Positions 59,845-64,000 of a stretch of 64,000 nucleotides of DNA are shown here, piece by piece. The stretch lies in the NCBI GenBank assembly GCA_002898375.1, contig BEIN01000012.1, forward strand, positions 3,922 through 67,921. The letters run 5' to 3'. The position numbers and the translations under genes are program-made. The DNA is from a bacterium HR37 (GTDB lineage Bacteria > Desulfobacterota_D > UBA1144 > Nemesobacterales > CSP1-2). The notes below the pieces were generated by a model. The model was not told the origin of the DNA and ran no database searches. It worked only from the letters and a program-made list of their open reading frames with translations. How positions within the stretch are numbered: position 1 is the first letter of the stretch; each line of letters begins with the position of its first letter.

Positions 59845-60665
59845 TGTGAAATTCCCTACGGGAATTAGAGGTATTTCTACAAGTGATAATCTCCACTTCC
59901 TACCTCTGGAGACTGCAAAAGGGGCGTTTCAATTCCCTACGGGAATTAGAGGTATTTCTACCTGGTAAGAGACTTTGTGTCTTTTGTTGGTTCTACTACC
60001 ACTCATGTTTCAATTCCCTACGGGAATTAGAGGTATTTCTACGTAGAACTGGTACGTGAGAAAGTAACAATTCCAACGAAGTTTCAATTCCCTACGGGAA
60101 TTAGAGGTATTTCTACCCACGTCATACCTTTGAGGTGGCTCACGATATTATTGTTTCAATTCCCTACGGGAATTAGAGGTATTTCTACAAAGACTGTCAA
60201 CAAACCAGAACCTTCTCCACTCCTTAACAACGAGTTTCAATTCCCTACGGGAATTAGAGGTATTTCTACGAAATACTAACTGTTTCTCTAGTCCGTGTAT
60301 TATCACCAACTTATGACAAGAGTTTCAATTCCCTACGGGAATTAGAGGTATTTCTACGGAACAATAATGCTACCTGTCTGCCTTGACCTTACAAGTTTCA
60401 ATTCCCTACGGGAATTAGAGGTATTTCTACCGTATCACCCTACGGAGAACAATATCCGCTTGCTTGACTGTTTCAATTCCCTACGGGAATTAGAGGTATT
60501 TCTACTAGTCAAAACAAGAGGGCTAACATACGAACAGGCAAGGGAGATCCTGTTTCAATTCCCTACGGGAATTAGAGGTATTTCTACTTGCCTGTCTTGG
60601 TACTAAAGTCAGTGATGATGTATGGAAATGTTTCAATTCCCTACGGGAATTAGAGGTATTTCTAC
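59845..60665 (-). CRISPR. CRISPR array: 11 x 36-nt repeats, consensus on + strand GTTTCAATTCCCTACGGGAATTAGAGGTATTTCTAC, 10 spacers of 36-52 nt
   Basis: Repeat starts are 59845 (degenerate: ATGTGA instead of GTTTCA), 59926, 60007, 60081, 60153, 60234, 60322, 60395, 60470, 60552 and 60630. Spacer lengths are 45, 45, 38, 36, 45, 52, 37, 39, 46 and 42 nt. The internal palindrome is TTCCCTACGGGAA. The strand is inferred: on the minus strand the repeat ends ...ATTGAAAC, the classic Cas6 8-nt handle, and the degenerate repeat is at the low-coordinate (distal) end. Confidence 0.95.
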
Positions 60666-60968
60666 AGCACCCTTATTTTCTCTAATGATTTAAATGAGTT
60701 AGTATGCAGTTTTCGAGAACCTCTAGTTATCAACAACTTATCCACAGGACAATTTTTGTCAATGTTACATAACCCATTTAAATCACTTGATTTTCTAAAT
60801 TCGAGCAACCCCCCACTTTTTTGCATTCCCTCGATGCTCGATGAAAATAATTATCATTATTACCTGATAAATATTAAAAATTAAGTTTTCAAAGAACCGA
60901 TTTCACTGAACAAGTGCTTTAAGCTCAATCTTAGTAAATTTAAAATCCCATGTCAATACTTTTTTATA
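60666..60968 (-). promoter_or_regulatory. Putative CRISPR leader (AT-rich, between csm6-like stop and first repeat)
   Basis: A 303-nt AT-rich non-coding stretch that abuts the intact terminal repeat. It lies downstream of the effector genes in the minus-strand direction. Confidence 0.4.
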
Positions 60969-62090
60969 TTATCCGTTAAAATATGTTTCATTCAGGTCAA
61001 CAAGTGCAGCCTTTAAAGTAACCTTGTTTTGTGAGGGAATCTCCACATTAAACTTTGCGGTTCTTTTTCCATCGCTGAATATAAGCACAATCTTGTTATG
61101 GTTGGGGTCGAATTCGAATCTGTTCCTTTCCGGCAAATCTGGATGTGTGTAGAAATCTCTAATAGTTTTTACGTATCTTTTATCTCTCCATACCTTCTTT
61201 ACAAAAGTTTCTGCTCCAAAGGGTGGCCTGTGATAAAAGTGTTTGGAAAAAGCAGGTTCTTCTTTAACCGGTTGAATGTCTCCAAGCAGGTAGCTCTTTT
61301 CTTTTTTAAACCTGTAGAGAAACATTTCATGAAAGAGTTGGCCAACCGGAGTTAAGGCAACGTGTTTTTCTTGGTTTATTGTTTCCACTTCTATAAGTGT
61401 TTTTAACCTCTCATCTGCCACCAGTTCTTTTACTTCTTCATACGGAGCTATGCTCTTTTTGGAGAGGTTGTCCAGGCTTTCATAATGTAGAAGCCAGAGA
61501 TCAAAATTAAAACTTATAGGCTGGGGAGGAAGTTCTATTATGTCTTCAAATTTTTCAAACATATACATAACCGGTATTTCCAGAGCCTGTCCTATAAGGC
61601 CTGCAAATGAGGTTTGCGCTTTATATCCTCCTGTAGCGTTTATAACAATACGTTCCGTTCCTTTTTCTCTTACGATCTTTGCAATCTCTTTCACAAGATT
61701 TTTAAGTCCTTCAGTTTTAAACTTTTTTACATCGTAGTCTTTAAGGCCTTCTATTACGGTTGCAACTACCCTCTCAAATTTATAGGGGTTCTGAGAATCC
61801 TGATAGTAGTGCTTAAGTATTTCACCTATTTCCCAGCCTTCATCGGTATGAGAGATAAGAAGGTGAAGTTCGTTTCTTTCCGAAAGTTTCCCTTTTTCAA
61901 TGATACTTGTAATGGAGTTTATCTCGGCTCCGCATACTCTATCTCTTGGATTTCGTTTAAGCAGTTCTTTTACAAGGCCTATAATGTTTCCTTTTTTCTC
62001 ATATACTTTTAGAGGCTCTTTATCATCTAGCCGTTCGATGTTGCTAAGCAGGCTTGTCCCCACTGTGCAAATCAGTGTATCACGCCTCAT
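60969..62090 (-). CDS. CARF-HEPN protein, Csm6/Csx1-like (putative cOA-activated RNase)
   Basis: N-terminal CARF motifs (LICTVGTSLL ... INATGGYKAQT) and a C-terminal R-x4-H motif (IRDFYTH). Its start overlaps the cas6 stop (ATGA). Confidence 0.6.
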   Translation of the reverse strand: MRRDTLICTVGTSLLSNIERLDDKEPLKVYEKKGNIIGLVKELLKRNPRDRVCGAEINSITSIIEKGKLSERNELHLLISHTDEGWEIGEILKHYYQDSQNPYKFERVVATVIEGLKDYDVKKFKTEGLKNLVKEIAKIVREKGTERIVINATGGYKAQTSFAGLIGQALEIPVMYMFEKFEDIIELPPQPISFNFDLWLLHYESLDNLSKKSIAPYEEVKELVADERLKTLIEVETINQEKHVALTPVGQLFHEMFLYRFKKEKSYLLGDIQPVKEEPAFSKHFYHRPPFGAETFVKKVWRDKRYVKTIRDFYTHPDLPERNRFEFDPNHNKIVLIFSDGKRTAKFNVEIPSQNKVTLKAALVDLNETYFNG

Positions 62091-62896
62091 TGCTTTACCC
62101 TTACTGCTTGTCCCATTCCCATTGTGGTTTTATATCCTATCCCTGAGTAAAAAGCAAAATCGGCAAGGGTATTTAAAATCTTTTTTTCTTTCCGGACAAA
62201 TTCTTTTCCCAGTCTGTATTCTAGTATACCTTTAAACCCTATAACCTTGTAATTTGAGAAAGTTACAATCTCGCTTTTTAACTCAAACTGTGATGGATAG
62301 ATTGTGTTTAGTTTCTCTGTAAAGCTTTTGTCAAAGGTTATACCTGAAAATGAGTTCCATCTATCAATCAGAGAGCCAAAGATGAGGTAGGCTTCGGGTA
62401 ATGTACACTGCTTTCCCCTGATTCTGAAAGAAGTGGGTGAGAAAAACTTAAGTCGTATTTTGTCATCTGGTTGTGCTTCCTCAAACAGTTTGGGGTAGAG
62501 GGATGACCTTACCCAAAGATTTGAACTTTCCTTATAGTGTATGTTATTAAGAAGTATCTTTCCGTTTCCCAGTGTAAGGCTGGTTTTAAGGTTTAGGGCT
62601 TTCCCAAATGCAGCAAGGGTGTCAGGAAGAAGTTTTTCTTCCAGTATGGATATTCTAAAGGAGGCCTTTTCCCCACCTTCCAGTATTATTTTCCCTTCGG
62701 TTTTTGGTTTTTTCTCAAGAATGCCGGATAGTGAAAATGGTTTTTGTCTATTGCTTCCATTGTGGAGGTACTCTGCCACTTTTTTGGAGTAATTTTTTAA
62801 GACCTCAAAGAAAAGCCCGTGTATTGCTTCTCCCCCATAGCCATTTAGGACTATAGCCTCTAGGGTTTCAAACTCGATAACAAAGCTTGAGAGCAT
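62087..62896 (-). CDS. cas6: CRISPR repeat endoribonuclease Cas6
   Basis: C-terminal glycine-rich loop GIGYKTTMGMG (GhGxxxxxGhG) and a ferredoxin-like N-terminus. Its start overlaps the upstream RAMP stop (TAATG). Confidence 0.85.
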   Translation of the reverse strand: MLSSFVIEFETLEAIVLNGYGGEAIHGLFFEVLKNYSKKVAEYLHNGSNRQKPFSLSGILEKKPKTEGKIILEGGEKASFRISILEEKLLPDTLAAFGKALNLKTSLTLGNGKILLNNIHYKESSNLWVRSSLYPKLFEEAQPDDKIRLKFFSPTSFRIRGKQCTLPEAYLIFGSLIDRWNSFSGITFDKSFTEKLNTIYPSQFELKSEIVTFSNYKVIGFKGILEYRLGKEFVRKEKKILNTLADFAFYSGIGYKTTMGMGQAVRVKQ

Positions 62897-64000
62897 TACT
62901 CGACCTCTATTCTGATCCAGCCAAGTGTTAATTCTTCTTTTGTTGCTGGATTTATTACAACTTTTCTGGTTTTTGGAAAGTTACTTGTATTTATTCTTCT
63001 ACCTGTGGTTTTAAGAAGTTCAACGTAGTTTCTATAGGTTTCATCTCCCAGGTGTTTTATAAGTTTTGCAAGTGTTATGCTTATAAAACCTTGATGTTTT
63101 CCAATCCTTATTACTGGGGCATTTTCGCTATTGGTCCTTTTTATGTTCTCAAGCTGGCTTATTGCACTGTATACCTTTAACTTTCTGTAAAAATCAAGTT
63201 CCTCTTCAATGATTTCCTTAGACATTTCATAACATGCTTTAAGTACCTGATCAAGATTGCCAAAAAAAGATTTTTTCTGAATATCTGTACCAAAGTGATT
63301 TGCAAAATCTTCGAACTGTTTTCCTTGTATAATTCCAATTTCTCCTTGAAACTCGGTATTACTTGAAATAATTTCGTGAAATTCCCCTGTGATTCGGGAA
63401 CTGTTTTTAATTTGTATCTTTGCTATTATTCTTTCCGCATTTTTAGAATAAGCATCGGATACAAGTATAAACTTTAAAAAATCAAATTTGGCATCATTTC
63501 TAAGCCTTAGAACTTTTTGAGAGATTTTCTCCTCTAATTTTTTCAATTCTTCTCTAACTTCTTTTCTATTGCCTAGGGACTTTCTTTTAATTTTATTTAT
63601 CTCATTGGAAAGGAAGCTGGTTAAGGAGCTATCAAGAATTAACTTCCTAAGAATAGCTGTTCTTAGTGCCCCTTTAATCTCAGTACCCGGTATGTAAGGT
63701 TGGTTTCTTGATTTGATAAGTGTCCAGATTTTTTGAGGAGTTTCACTGCCCCATAAAGGCAGTGAAGAAGAAGCTCTTTTAGAGGCGAACTTTAATATTT
63801 TCTCAGTATTGCTATATGTTTCAAAAAAACCCAGAAGACTGGGTGATTCGCTGTTGGTGACGTATTGAATAAAATCCTCAAGTTGGTCTTTTGTTAGGAA
63901 TCTCTTTAGCTGTTCGGAGTTAAACAAATGGATTTTTCTGTTATAGTAGAAGTATTCTAAATTGCTTAAGGTGTTTCCATCACCTATATGGATTGGGGAA
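62896..64000 (-). CDS. Type III RAMP protein, Csm5-like (Cas7 group), 5' end beyond window
   Basis: Contains the RAMP motif YIPGTEIKGALRTAIL. The ORF-track start at 63927 is a TTG, and the frame stays open upstream to the window edge (...SPIHIGDGNTLSNLEYFYYNRKIH-L-FNSEQ...). Confidence 0.6.
   Translation of the reverse strand, partial: SPIHIGDGNTLSNLEYFYYNRKIHLFNSEQLKRFLTKDQLEDFIQYVTNSESPSLLGFFETYSNTEKILKFASKRASSSLPLWGSETPQKIWTLIKSRNQPYIPGTEIKGALRTAILRKLILDSSLTSFLSNEINKIKRKSLGNRKEVREELKKLEEKISQKVLRLRNDAKFDFLKFILVSDAYSKNAERIIAKIQIKNSSRITGEFHEIISSNTEFQGEIGIIQGKQFEDFANHFGTDIQKKSFFGNLDQVLKACYEMSKEIIEEELDFYRKLKVYSAISQLENIKRTNSENAPVIRIGKHQGFISITLAKLIKHLGDETYRNYVELLKTTGRRINTSNFPKTRKVVINPATKEELTLGWIRIEVE

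Noticed and set aside
60367-60606. 79-aa plus-strand ORF from the six-frame track
   Set aside because: It lies entirely inside the CRISPR array. Its 'protein' is a repeat-derived periodic peptide (…FNSLRELEVFL… recurring), so it is an artefact of translating repeats.
63925-63927. ORF-track 'start' of the RAMP gene (reported as M)
   Set aside because: The codon is TTG and the reading frame remains open upstream to the window edge at 64000. It is therefore almost certainly an internal Leu codon of a longer gene truncated by the window.

Overview
This 64 kb window looks like a bacterial chromosome segment from a probable thermophile. That guess rests on Lys/Glu/Ile-rich proteins and AGG/AGA arginine codons, and is not verified. 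Most of the window is housekeeping. Type IV pilus genes are scattered across it: a 5'-truncated pilT-like ATPase, pilC, a PilS/PilR-like sigma-54 two-component pair, pilMNOPQ, and a second complete pilT. There is an ammonium transporter plus porin pair, each with a textbook -24/-12 sigma-54 promoter. Other recognisable genes are miaB, tRNA-Phe(GAA), tRNA-Ser(CGA), RNase R, an S8 protease, cysS, ogt-pgpA-cinA-recA-pilT-tsaB, ilvB-ilvN-ilvC, psd-pssA and an M16 peptidase. An acyl-CoA cluster holds an aldehyde dehydrogenase, a TetR regulator, an acyl-CoA dehydrogenase and a split B12-dependent acyl-CoA mutase. One gene is an unusual fusion of a RadC-type JAB/MPN domain to a DinG/XPD-family Fe-S helicase. 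The last ~8.5 kb (55.4-64.0 kb) is an accessory type III-like CRISPR-Cas locus on the minus strand. In transcription order it reads: csm5-like RAMP (runs off the window end), cas6, a CARF-HEPN csm6-like gene, an AT-rich leader, an 11-repeat CRISPR array with 36-52 nt spacers, a small UPF0391 membrane-protein gene, a second CARF protein with a wHTH-like C-terminus, an unassigned 204-aa gene translationally coupled to a cas4-cas1 fusion, and cas2. The two different CARF proteins and the unassigned gene are the most likely place for undescribed cyclic-oligoadenylate signalling biology. The cas10 and backbone genes are presumably beyond coordinate 64000.
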